Below the pieces are notes generated by a model. That model made no database searches. It was not told the DNA's origin and worked only from the letters and a program-made list of their open reading frames with translations. This document shows, one piece after another, positions 1-7,429 of a stretch of DNA of 50,478 nucleotides (its first letter is position 1; the number at the start of each line of letters is the position of its first letter). Made by a program: the position numbers and the translations under genes. The stretch comes from a virus. Its lineage: Duplodnaviria > Caudoviricetes. The stretch lies in the IMG/VR virus record IMGVR_UViG_3300005805_000123, positions 1 to 50,478 of that record; one strand, 5' to 3'.

Positions 1-1
1 T

Positions 2-430
<429 letters not shown>

Positions 431-452
431 TATAAAACCTAAAAATAAATAG

Positions 453-478
453 AAGGAGTTCTCCGAACTCCTTTTTTT
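453..478 (+). terminator. Rho-independent terminator after psbA
   Basis: AAGGAGTTC-TCC-GAACTCCTT hairpin running into a T tract. Confidence 0.85.
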
Positions 479-559
479 ATGGTCACCATTCTTATATTTT
501 TTATAGCATTTGGAATTTTTATGTTTCTAATGTCATTGACAGATCACTATCATTACTAA
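479..559 (+). CDS. 26-aa hydrophobic peptide
   Basis: MVTILIFFIAFGIFMFLMSLTDHYHY; single TM-like segment, read manually. Confidence 0.4.
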   Translation: MVTILIFFIAFGIFMFLMSLTDHYHY

Positions 560-564
560 AAATC

Positions 565-726
565 ATGAAAACTCTATCACTTTCAGAAGAACAAATTAAA
601 CTTTTAGCAGATGCTCTTTGGATGCGTCAAAGATGTTTTATTGCAGGAGATAAAAGATTTAAAGAATATGGAGAGATGTTAGACACTCTTTTAGAAGATA
701 TGGATTACACTCCAAAAAGATTTTGA
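565..726 (+). CDS. Hypothetical protein (53 aa)
   Basis: MKTLSLSEEQIKLLADALWMRQRCFIAGDKRF...; stop overlaps the next ORF start. Confidence 0.65.
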   Translation: MKTLSLSEEQIKLLADALWMRQRCFIAGDKRFKEYGEMLDTLLEDMDYTPKRF

Positions 727-786
727 TGATCACCTCCGAAACACCATACAAACTTGCAGAGATTATTAGAGATACTTGGCCTAATC

Positions 787-815
787 TTTACAGACCTCCA
801 AAAGAAACTTATAAT
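787..815 (+). promoter_or_regulatory. Sigma70-type promoter for glutaredoxin
   Basis: TTTACA-N17-TATAAT, 27 nt before ATG 843. Confidence 0.65.
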
Positions 816-842
816 ACATATTCTATAAACACTCAAAAAAGT

Positions 843-1079
843 ATGACATTTACAGTTTATTCAAAAGACGGTTGCCCATATTGCACAAAAGTTCAACAGG
901 TGTTAGAGTTGGCAGAACTACGACATGTAGTTTACAAACTTGGTGTAGATTTTACCCGTGAAGAGTTCTATGCAGAATTTGGAAATGGGTCTACTTTCCC
1001 CCAAGTTATTGTAGATGAAAAACATATTGGAGGATGTACAGATACTGTTCAATACCTTAAGGAGCAAAATCTAGTTTAA
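843..1079 (+). CDS. nrdC: Glutaredoxin (in-frame upstream extension from 723/726 possible)
   Basis: YSKDGCPYC active site, TFPQV and IGGCTD motifs. Confidence 0.92.
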   Translation: MTFTVYSKDGCPYCTKVQQVLELAELRHVVYKLGVDFTREEFYAEFGNGSTFPQVIVDEKHIGGCTDTVQYLKEQNLV

Positions 1080-1438
1080 TGGATACTAATTTTCACGAAG
1101 TTTATAACGATGTTGAGAAAGCAATTGATTATGCTTTTAATGGACAATTTGTTTTAAAATTTTACGATTACCTAAAAGTCCGTGGAACTAAAAGAATTGA
1201 AGTTGAAGAGTTTATTGAGAGTGCAACTGCAAGTGAATTAAACAATCTTGTAATGGATCTTGATGACTATCTTGAAGGTGGTTCTGATGAAATACATAAA
1301 CAACTTCGTGAAGGTTATGGTCATATACCAAAACCACAAGCAAGAAAAATCAGAAATTACTTGTATGGCATCTTAGAAGATGCATGGAAATATAGTCATG
1401 ATAGACGACCTGGACGACGAAAAAAGCAAACTAAATAA
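1079..1438 (+). CDS. Conserved cyanophage hypothetical protein
   Basis: 119-aa ORF coupled to nrdC; QLREGYGHIPKPQARKIRNYL motif. Confidence 0.8.
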   Translation: MDTNFHEVYNDVEKAIDYAFNGQFVLKFYDYLKVRGTKRIEVEEFIESATASELNNLVMDLDDYLEGGSDEIHKQLREGYGHIPKPQARKIRNYLYGILEDAWKYSHDRRPGRRKKQTK

Positions 1439-1604
1439 AAGTGAACCCCAAATTAATCGGGGTGTTGAGTTATTACTACGCAATAGGAGGAGAAAATCAG
1501 AAAAACCAAAAACTTTTCAAGTGAAGTTTGGTAAAATGATTTCTCTCTTCCGCAGAGAATTTCATTTCTTTATAGACTTTCACTTTGATATAAGGAAAAA
1601 GTAA
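1380..1604 (+). CDS. Conserved cyanophage hypothetical basic protein (start uncertain)
   Basis: INRGVELLLR...FGKMISLFRREFHF; fills the gap between neighbours. Confidence 0.65.
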   Translation: MHGNIVMIDDLDDEKSKLNKSEPQINRGVELLLRNRRRKSEKPKTFQVKFGKMISLFRREFHFFIDFHFDIRKK

Positions 1605-1622
1605 ATTCTCTGGAGAAGACAA

Positions 1623-1847
1623 ATGCTAGCAGTAACTCTCACCATAGGAACATTAGTTTCAATCATGTTCTTTTTTGTAGGAGGGGTAGTAGGATGGTTA
1701 GCGAAAGAACACTTCTACCAAACTCAACCTGTTTACACACACCCAGAGATGTTTGATTCAAATGGGAATGTAATACCCGACGAAATTTTAGCTGTACGAT
1801 TTGAAAATGACGATGACTACTACGACGAAGAAGACGACGACGAATAG
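1623..1847 (+). CDS. Membrane-anchored hypothetical protein
   Basis: N-terminal TM helix, HPEMFD.NGN motif, acidic tail; GGAG RBS. Confidence 0.8.
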   Translation: MLAVTLTIGTLVSIMFFFVGGVVGWLAKEHFYQTQPVYTHPEMFDSNGNVIPDEILAVRFENDDDYYDEEDDDE

Positions 1848-2322
1848 AAGACCTAGTTCAAAGCAAAAGAAAGATACTAGTCTTCCACCAAATCCTTTTA
1901 TGAATGAAATTCTTGAATTGGTGTCTGAACAAACTACAGAGGATGACAAAGTTTCTATTTTAAAAAAATATGAAACAGATGCTCTTAAAACTCTTTTGAT
2001 TTGGAACTTTGATTCAAGTATAATTTCTGTTCTTCCATCTGGACCTGTTCCATATAAACCAAATGAAAATCCTCTTGGAACTGATCATTCATCACTCCGA
2101 AGAGAATATAAAAATCTTTATCACTTTGTAAAGGGTGGTAATGATACACTTTCTACAATTCGTAGAGAAACTATTTTTATTCAAATTTTAGAAAGTCTTC
2201 ATCCAAATGAATCTGACATTTTAGTTTTGGTTAAAGATAAAAACCTTCAGTCTAAATATAAAATCACGAGAGAGATTGTAGAAAAAGCATATCCAGATAT
2301 TCAGTGGGGTGGTCGTTCGTGA
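1813..2322 (+). CDS. Conserved T4-like cyanophage hypothetical protein
   Basis: LPPNPF..EIL..VS, IWNFD, RRE..FIQILESLHP.E motifs; start may be 1807 or 1813. Confidence 0.8.
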   Translation: MTTTTKKTTTNRRPSSKQKKDTSLPPNPFMNEILELVSEQTTEDDKVSILKKYETDALKTLLIWNFDSSIISVLPSGPVPYKPNENPLGTDHSSLRREYKNLYHFVKGGNDTLSTIRRETIFIQILESLHPNESDILVLVKDKNLQSKYKITREIVEKAYPDIQWGGRS

Positions 2323-2657
2323 CCATTGCTACAAGCACGGAGAAAAATATGGCAGAACAAAGAAAAGAAATTAAAAATATTCTGCCAGATACTTATGGGT
2401 GTGATATTCTACTTCAAGATACTACTTTAGATAAAGTTAAAGATCCATCTTTCCCAAATGATGCATATTTGATATGGTACATTGTTGATGGTCAGCAATG
2501 TATGGATCTTGTAAGAGGTTCTAGAGTTCGTATTTTTGATATGTATTATGATAAGTATGGTCCTGGTGTTGTGCAAAAAATTGATTTTGGATATGGTCGA
2601 ACCAACCCTAAATTGTGGGGATATAAACAACCTGAGAAAAAGAAAAAAGGAAGATGA
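2319..2657 (+). CDS. Conserved cyanophage hypothetical protein
   Basis: IFD.YYDKY and GYGRTNPKLWGY motifs; GTG 2319 overlaps the upstream stop (alternative ATG 2349). Confidence 0.75.
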   Translation: MTIATSTEKNMAEQRKEIKNILPDTYGCDILLQDTTLDKVKDPSFPNDAYLIWYIVDGQQCMDLVRGSRVRIFDMYYDKYGPGVVQKIDFGYGRTNPKLWGYKQPEKKKKGR

Positions 2658-2836
2658 GTGAAGGATTTAGTGAAGAAAGCATTGAAGTTGCTGTAAATAA
2701 AGATGAAGTAAAAAATCTTCTTAAGAGATACAAAAAAATAAAAAAGTATATGAAGTCTCCATTATTTGCTGTTAAAACAATGGATGGCACTGAGGAAATC
2801 GTAAGTGATTTGTTAAAGGAACTTGAAGATGGGTAA
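2654..2836 (+). CDS. Hypothetical protein
   Basis: 60-aa ORF, ATGA overlap. Confidence 0.7.
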   Translation: MSEGFSEESIEVAVNKDEVKNLLKRYKKIKKYMKSPLFAVKTMDGTEEIVSDLLKELEDG

Positions 2837-3155
2837 GCATTATCTTCTAAATCTATATGGATGCTCTTTTGTCCTTTTAGATGATGAACGTTGTCTTATT
2901 GATTTACTTGAAAATGCAGCAGTTGCAAGTGGTGCTACTGTGATTCAAACCATTTCAAAAAAGTTTGAACCCCAGGGAGTCACTGTAATCTGTTTATTAT
3001 CCGAAAGTCATATTAGTATTCACACTTGGCCTGAGGAAGGTAAAGCAGCAGTGGATGTTTATACCTGTGGAGACTGTAATCCAAAAATTGGATGTGATAT
3101 TATTATTCAACAACTTTATGCTCAAGATCATACCTTGAGTTATATTGAGCGTTAA
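2829..3155 (+). CDS. speD: S-adenosylmethionine decarboxylase proenzyme
   Basis: MGKH start, FEPQGVT, LSESHISIHTWPE autocleavage motif, DVYTCG. Confidence 0.95.
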   Translation: MGKHYLLNLYGCSFVLLDDERCLIDLLENAAVASGATVIQTISKKFEPQGVTVICLLSESHISIHTWPEEGKAAVDVYTCGDCNPKIGCDIIIQQLYAQDHTLSYIER

Positions 3156-3162
3156 CTAAATA
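3155..3162 (+). promoter_or_regulatory. T4-like late promoter
   Basis: ACTAAATA about 20 nt before ATG 3183. Confidence 0.55.
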
Positions 3163-3182
3163 CACTATATCTGGAGAAGTAT

Positions 3183-3500
3183 ATGCTCTCTACTCAATAC
3201 CGCCTTCGTCTTGAATCAATCTGTGAGAAGATTGTAAAAGGTGAATCTGTAGAGTTAAGTGAAATGATCTGGGCAGAAAAACTAGCAAAAGCAAATAGAT
3301 CTGCAGCAACTCTTTTGAGACAGGCAAGACGCCGTGCGTCTAATCCAGATATGCAAGAGGGTGGCCTTGATGATTTTATGAATGCTCTTGATTTAGGAGA
3401 TCCAGATCCTAGCAATCATAGAATAGGATTTTATAGTGCCGATGATATTGTTGACTTTTTTGCAGAGGATAAACCAGAAGATTGGAGACAGAGAGACTAA
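3183..3500 (+). CDS. Conserved cyanophage hypothetical protein
   Basis: MLSTQYRLRLE...GDPDPSNH...DWRQRD; GGAG RBS. Confidence 0.8.
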   Translation: MLSTQYRLRLESICEKIVKGESVELSEMIWAEKLAKANRSAATLLRQARRRASNPDMQEGGLDDFMNALDLGDPDPSNHRIGFYSADDIVDFFAEDKPEDWRQRD

Positions 3501-3703
3501 TGAAAAGTTTTAAAGATTTTTTGTCTGAAGAAGAAAAATCATCTAAAAAAACTGCTGGATATATCAATCAACCAAAAGGAAATGAAAAGTGCTCTAATTG
3601 CAATATGTGGAGACCACCAAATGCTTGCACTGCTGTAAGTGGTAAGATCTCTCCGAATGGTTGGTGCAAGTGGCACCAGTACGATAGAAAGAATCAAGAT
3701 TAA
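3500..3703 (+). CDS. HiPIP-like (high-potential iron-sulfur) protein
   Basis: Y...P....KCSNC...C.AV.G.ISPNGWC.W matches the HiPIP four-Cys pattern; TAATG coupling. Confidence 0.75.
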   Translation: MKSFKDFLSEEEKSSKKTAGYINQPKGNEKCSNCNMWRPPNACTAVSGKISPNGWCKWHQYDRKNQD

Positions 3704-3718
3704 GAAATAATAAAATTG

Positions 3719-3755
3719 GTATAACATTTTACAAACTTACTTGTATAACTATAGT
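3719..3755 (+). promoter_or_regulatory. NtcA-type box overlapping a putative sigma70 promoter
   Basis: GTA-TAACATTT-TAC (GTA-N8-TAC) at 3719-3732 overlaps TTTACA(3728)-N16-TATAGT(3750). Confidence 0.5.
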
Positions 3756-3776
3756 GGTAGGTCTATAATGACCTTA

Positions 3777-3822
3777 CGTTCATCAGAGGAAACTCTGACG
3801 CAAGTAAGCCGACTCGGAACGG
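3777..3822 (+). ncRNA. Glutamine-riboswitch-like aptamer 1 (glnA/Downstream-peptide class)
   Basis: CGTTC-A-[TCAGAG-GAAA-CTCTGA]-CGCAAGTAAGCCGACTCG-GAACG: P1 CGTTC/GAACG, P2 with GNRA loop; upstream of DUF4278-like ORFs. Confidence 0.7.
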
Positions 3823-3824
3823 AT

Positions 3825-3997
3825 CGTTCATCTATGGAGCAACTTTTTTTAACCTGTTTACAAGCACAACTTATTATTAATAGGATTAACACAAACCAAG
3901 TTGTTAATACTCAACAAAAAAATAATCTTGTGTGGGAAGTTAAACAAGTAACAAAAAAAGGATGCTTTATAGACGCAAAAGCCGACTGAAGGAACGG
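3825..3997 (+). ncRNA. Glutamine-riboswitch-like aptamer 2 with ~130-nt insertion in P2
   Basis: CGTTCA-TCTAT...ATAGA-CGCAAAAGCCGACTGAAG-GAACG; same flanking sequence as aptamer 1. Confidence 0.6.
3834..3989 (+). CDS. 51-aa protein nested in aptamer 2
   Basis: MEQLFLTCLQAQLIINRI...KGCFIDAKAD; ATG lies in the P2 5' strand and the stop lies in the aptamer 3' half. Confidence 0.65.
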   Translation: MEQLFLTCLQAQLIINRINTNQVVNTQQKNNLVWEVKQVTKKGCFIDAKAD

Positions 3998-4030
3998 GAC
4001 TAACCATCTCATTTCTTTAGGAGAACCCCA

Positions 4031-4168
4031 ATGTCGAAAGTAGTTTATCGTGGTCAAGCATACGACACAGAAGTTCGTAAGCAGCAACAATCACAACAGC
4101 AACAAGAACCCCAACAATACAACGAAACCTATCGTGGTGTTCGTTTTGTAAAGGAGGGACACAAATGA
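4031..4168 (+). CDS. DUF4278-like small protein
   Basis: MSKVVYRGQAYDT...ETYRGVRFVK; two YRG motifs; AGGAG RBS. Confidence 0.8.
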   Translation: MSKVVYRGQAYDTEVRKQQQSQQQQEPQQYNETYRGVRFVKEGHK

Positions 4169-4263
4169 AAAAACTTAATGTACTTCAGATCATCAAAGAG
4201 CAAAAGCAAAAAGAACAACGTCGTCATCAAGCACAACTTGCTAATGTTGGAGCAGGAAAATGA
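4165..4263 (+). CDS. 32-aa basic helical peptide
   Basis: MKKLNVLQIIKEQKQKEQRRHQAQLANVGAGK; AGGAGG RBS, ATGA overlap. Confidence 0.7.
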   Translation: MKKLNVLQIIKEQKQKEQRRHQAQLANVGAGK

Positions 4264-4346
4264 TTGCTACAATTGCTGCAATCACTGGAGCATCAACAGC
4301 ATTCATTTTTTTAATCTATGCAGAAGTTCTATTGCTGAGTAAGTAA
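4260..4346 (+). CDS. 28-aa hydrophobic peptide
   Basis: MIATIAAITGASTAFIFLIYAEVLLLSK; ATGA overlap. Confidence 0.6.
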   Translation: MIATIAAITGASTAFIFLIYAEVLLLSK

Positions 4347-4501
4347 TGGAAGATTACCATTATCATTATGATGATATGGATAAGGACAGTAGAGGTCCTG
4401 CGTGTTATCTATTAACATATCGTGGGTGTCGTTATTGGTCTTGTTATCGCATTCATTTGGTAGAATGGTTTGAAAAAATGTTTAAGTCAGAGGGGTCTTG
4501 A
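4346..4501 (+). CDS. 51-aa YRG-motif peptide
   Basis: MEDYHYHYDD...YLLTYRGCRYW...; TAATG coupling. Confidence 0.6.
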   Translation: MEDYHYHYDDMDKDSRGPACYLLTYRGCRYWSCYRIHLVEWFEKMFKSEGS

Positions 4502-4517
4502 CAACCCCTCTTTTTTT
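4489..4517 (+). terminator. Rho-independent terminator
   Basis: AGAGGGGT-CTTGACA-ACCCCTCT followed by a T tract. Confidence 0.85.
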
Positions 4518-4526
4518 GTGTATAAT
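4498..4526 (+). promoter_or_regulatory. Consensus sigma70 promoter embedded in the terminator
   Basis: TTGACA-N17-TATAAT. Confidence 0.85.
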
Positions 4527-4549
4527 TAGCTTTGTCAGCGTTCATATGA

Positions 4550-4729
4550 ATGGATAGAGAAAAGCTTAAGTTAATTGTCAGAAACCTTGAATCTCTGGTA
4601 GAATGTTTGAAGTCAGAGATTTATTCTGATGTAGATTCATACAAAGCAAGTTACGAAGAAGTAGCACCTTACATTTCCGATTACGACGAAGTATTTTACG
4701 ATGGAGACGATGATGGATATCCCGACTGA
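4550..4729 (+). CDS. Conserved cyanophage hypothetical protein (59 aa)
   Basis: MDREKLKLIVRNLESLVECLKSEIYSDVDSY...DYDEVF; read manually. Confidence 0.75.
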   Translation: MDREKLKLIVRNLESLVECLKSEIYSDVDSYKASYEEVAPYISDYDEVFYDGDDDGYPD

Positions 4730-5429
4730 TTTCGAATTTATGAAACCAGAAGTAAAACTTATTAGTGTTACTCCAGATGCAGAGAAGCATATGGCTTACT
4801 GTGCTAGGGTGAGTAATCCTGCTAATCAAGAGAATGAAAAGTTCTCTGGACTACTTAAGTATTGTATTCAACACCAACACTGGTCGATCTTCGAACAAGC
4901 TTCGATGACTGTGGAGATCAATACGACTCGTGGTATTGCAGCTCAGATTTTGCGTCATAGGTCCTTCACATATCAAGAATTTTCACAACGATATGCTGAT
5001 ACTAATCTTCTGAATAAAACGATTCCTCTTCCTGAACTGCGTCGTCAGGATACTAAGAATCGTCAGAATAGTATTGATGATATTCCTGATTATTTGAAAC
5101 TGACTCTGACAGAAGATATTCGTGTTCATTTTGAGAGTGCTCTGCGACTCTACAACCGTCTTCTAGAAAAGGGAGTGGCAAAAGAGTGTGCAAGGTTTGT
5201 ATTGCCTCTTGCAACCCCTACAAGACTGTATATGACAGGATCCGTGCGTTCTTGGATTCATTACATTGATCTAAGGTCTGCACATGGTACTCAAAAAGAA
5301 CATATGGAGATTGCAGAACTAGTGCGTTGTATTTTTACTTGTCAGTTCCCTGCAGTATCTGAAGCACTTGGTTGGACTCGTGAAGGTTGTTCTGAGTGTT
5401 CTGACGCACCTTCTATTACTATTGAATAA
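4701..5429 (+). CDS. thyX: FAD-dependent thymidylate synthase (true start may be 4713 or 4740)
   Basis: HWSIFEQ, RHRSFTYQEFSQRY, ECARFVLP, LRSAHGTQKEH motifs. Confidence 0.96.
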   Translation: METMMDIPTDFEFMKPEVKLISVTPDAEKHMAYCARVSNPANQENEKFSGLLKYCIQHQHWSIFEQASMTVEINTTRGIAAQILRHRSFTYQEFSQRYADTNLLNKTIPLPELRRQDTKNRQNSIDDIPDYLKLTLTEDIRVHFESALRLYNRLLEKGVAKECARFVLPLATPTRLYMTGSVRSWIHYIDLRSAHGTQKEHMEIAELVRCIFTCQFPAVSEALGWTREGCSECSDAPSITIE

Positions 5430-5454
5430 ATATCCGTATAGATCATAGAGTAAA

Positions 5455-5697
5455 ATGCCAACTTACAGATTTGAAAATACAGAAACTGGTGAGATATTTG
5501 AGAAATGGATGTACATGGCAGAAAAAGATCCATATCTCAAAGAAAACCCTCAACTCAAACCTCTTATTCCAACGCAAATGAATGTTGGAGAAGTTGGTGA
5601 TTGGGCAAACAAGCTTATCAACAAACATCCTGGATGGAATGATGTTCTTCATAGAGCATCAAAAATGCCTGGTGCAAAAGTAAAACCTATCAAATAA
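5455..5697 (+). CDS. FmdB-like conserved hypothetical protein
   Basis: MPTY.F.N..TGE...YLKENP...GWNDVL; AATAAATA upstream at 5425. Confidence 0.75.
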   Translation: MPTYRFENTETGEIFEKWMYMAEKDPYLKENPQLKPLIPTQMNVGEVGDWANKLINKHPGWNDVLHRASKMPGAKVKPIK

Positions 5698-5701
5698 GTT
5701 T

Positions 5702-6451
5702 ATGCCAAGAAAAAAAGTTGCAAACCCAGTGCCTTTTGGAACAAGTAATAGGCAAATGAAAAGGAAAAAACCAATCAATTTGGACTATATGAAAACTATA
5801 GATCCATTGACTGATAATCAAGAAGAACTTTTTAAAAAGTATAAACTTGATCAGAATATAGTTGCATATGGTGCAGCAGGAACTGGTAAGACATTTATCA
5901 CTCTTTACAATGCTCTTAGAGATGTATTGGATGAGAGATCTCCATACGATAAAATTTATATTGTAAGAAGTCTTGTAGCCACCCGTGAGATTGGTTTCCT
6001 TCCTGGAGATCATGAGGATAAGTCTTCACTTTATCAAATTCCATATAAGAATATGGTAAAGTATATGTTTGAAATGCCAGATGACTCTGCGTTTGAAATG
6101 CTTTATGGCAATCTTAAAACTCAAGGAACGATTAGTTTTTGGAGCACTTCTTTCATTCGTGGAACAACCTTAGATAATGCAATCATTATCGTAGATGAAT
6201 TTCAAAATTTAAACTTCCATGAACTTGATAGTATAATCACTCGTGTTGGTGAAAATAGTAAGATTATGTTCTGCGGTGATGCTACTCAGTCAGACCTTAT
6301 TAAGACAAACGAAAAGAATGGAATTATTGATTTCATGAGAATTCTTCGTGTAATGCCATCTTTTGATATTATTGAATTTGGTGCAGAAGATATTGTTCGT
6401 TCTGGTCTATGTAAAGAATATATTGTTGCTAAAATGGAACTTGGTTTATGA
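5702..6451 (+). CDS. phoH: PhoH-family ATPase
   Basis: GAAGTGKT Walker A, IGFLPG, RGTTLD, DEFQN, GD..QSD. Confidence 0.96.
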   Translation: MPRKKVANPVPFGTSNRQMKRKKPINLDYMKTIDPLTDNQEELFKKYKLDQNIVAYGAAGTGKTFITLYNALRDVLDERSPYDKIYIVRSLVATREIGFLPGDHEDKSSLYQIPYKNMVKYMFEMPDDSAFEMLYGNLKTQGTISFWSTSFIRGTTLDNAIIIVDEFQNLNFHELDSIITRVGENSKIMFCGDATQSDLIKTNEKNGIIDFMRILRVMPSFDIIEFGAEDIVRSGLCKEYIVAKMELGL

Positions 6452-7128
6452 GTTTTATTCATCATAATTATCTGGGTGAACTTGAATTAGATTGTAAAAC
6501 AACAGAAAACATTCGTCTTTATAATCTTCCAAGTGGTCAATGGGTTCCTTCCATCACTTCAGTCACTTCATTTTACAATCGTCAAGTCTTTGTGAAATGG
6601 CGTGAAAGAGTTGGTATTGAAGAAGCAAATCGTATTACTAAAAGAGCAACTGCAAGAGGAACAGACTTTCACCAAGTATGCCAAGATTATCTTGAAAACA
6701 AAGATCTAGACTGGAATAATTATCAAATCCTAACAAAGCACATGTTTCATCATGCAAAACCTTATCTGGATAAGATAAATAATATTCATGCGATTGAAAG
6801 GACTCTTTATTCGGAATACTACGGACTTGCTGGACGAGTTGATTGTATTGCGGAATATGAAGGAGAACTTGCCGTAATCGACTTTAAGACTTCAGACAAA
6901 ATTAAACCAGAGGAGTGGATTGAAAATTACTTTGTGCAGGAAATGTTTTATGCTGCTGCTTATTACGAATTAACTGAAATTCCCATTAAAAAACTTATCA
7001 CATTAATGGTTACTCCAGGTGGAGAGGTAAAAGTATTTGACAAAAGGAACAAAGGGGACTATATTAAACTATTAGTTCGTTACATCAAGGAATTTGCAAA
7101 TCACAATACTAGGTCAAATGGAGAATGA
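6448..7128 (+). CDS. PD-(D/E)XK exonuclease
   Basis: PSITSV, RGT.FH, AGRVDCIAEY...IDFKTS, Q..FYA. Confidence 0.88.
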   Translation: MSFIHHNYLGELELDCKTTENIRLYNLPSGQWVPSITSVTSFYNRQVFVKWRERVGIEEANRITKRATARGTDFHQVCQDYLENKDLDWNNYQILTKHMFHHAKPYLDKINNIHAIERTLYSEYYGLAGRVDCIAEYEGELAVIDFKTSDKIKPEEWIENYFVQEMFYAAAYYELTEIPIKKLITLMVTPGGEVKVFDKRNKGDYIKLLVRYIKEFANHNTRSNGE

Positions 7129-7375
7129 ATTAGAAAAGGTTTTAGAAAGTAAGTTTTTTTGCCCTTCTAGATTCGCACAAGAAATTGAATCGTTAGTTCA
7201 TACGAATGAAGACATGAACTATATCGATGCTATTGTTCACTTCTGTGAAAAGAATAGTATTGATTTGGAGTCTGTTCCAAAGCTAATATCTAAACCTCTC
7301 AAGGAAAAGATTAAGTATGAAGCAATGGAGTTAAACTTTCTTAAGAAGACCTCCAGAGCAAAATTGGTTTTTTAA
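7118..7375 (+). CDS. gp33: Late transcription coactivator gp33
   Basis: F..EIE..V...NYIDAIV.FCE...KLISKPLKEKIKYEA.ELNFL; synteny with gp59 and gp32. Confidence 0.88.
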   Translation: MENELEKVLESKFFCPSRFAQEIESLVHTNEDMNYIDAIVHFCEKNSIDLESVPKLISKPLKEKIKYEAMELNFLKKTSRAKLVF

Positions 7376-7429
7376 TTCATTTTTGGGGGGAAAAAATTCC
7401 CGGCAAAAAATCCTTATATTACTTTTTTG

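Noticed and set aside
6448-7128. Exonuclease as evidence of a Cas4/CRISPR system
   Set aside because: Standard cyanophage PD-(D/E)XK exonuclease in the phoH-gp33-gp59-gp32 block; no array nearby
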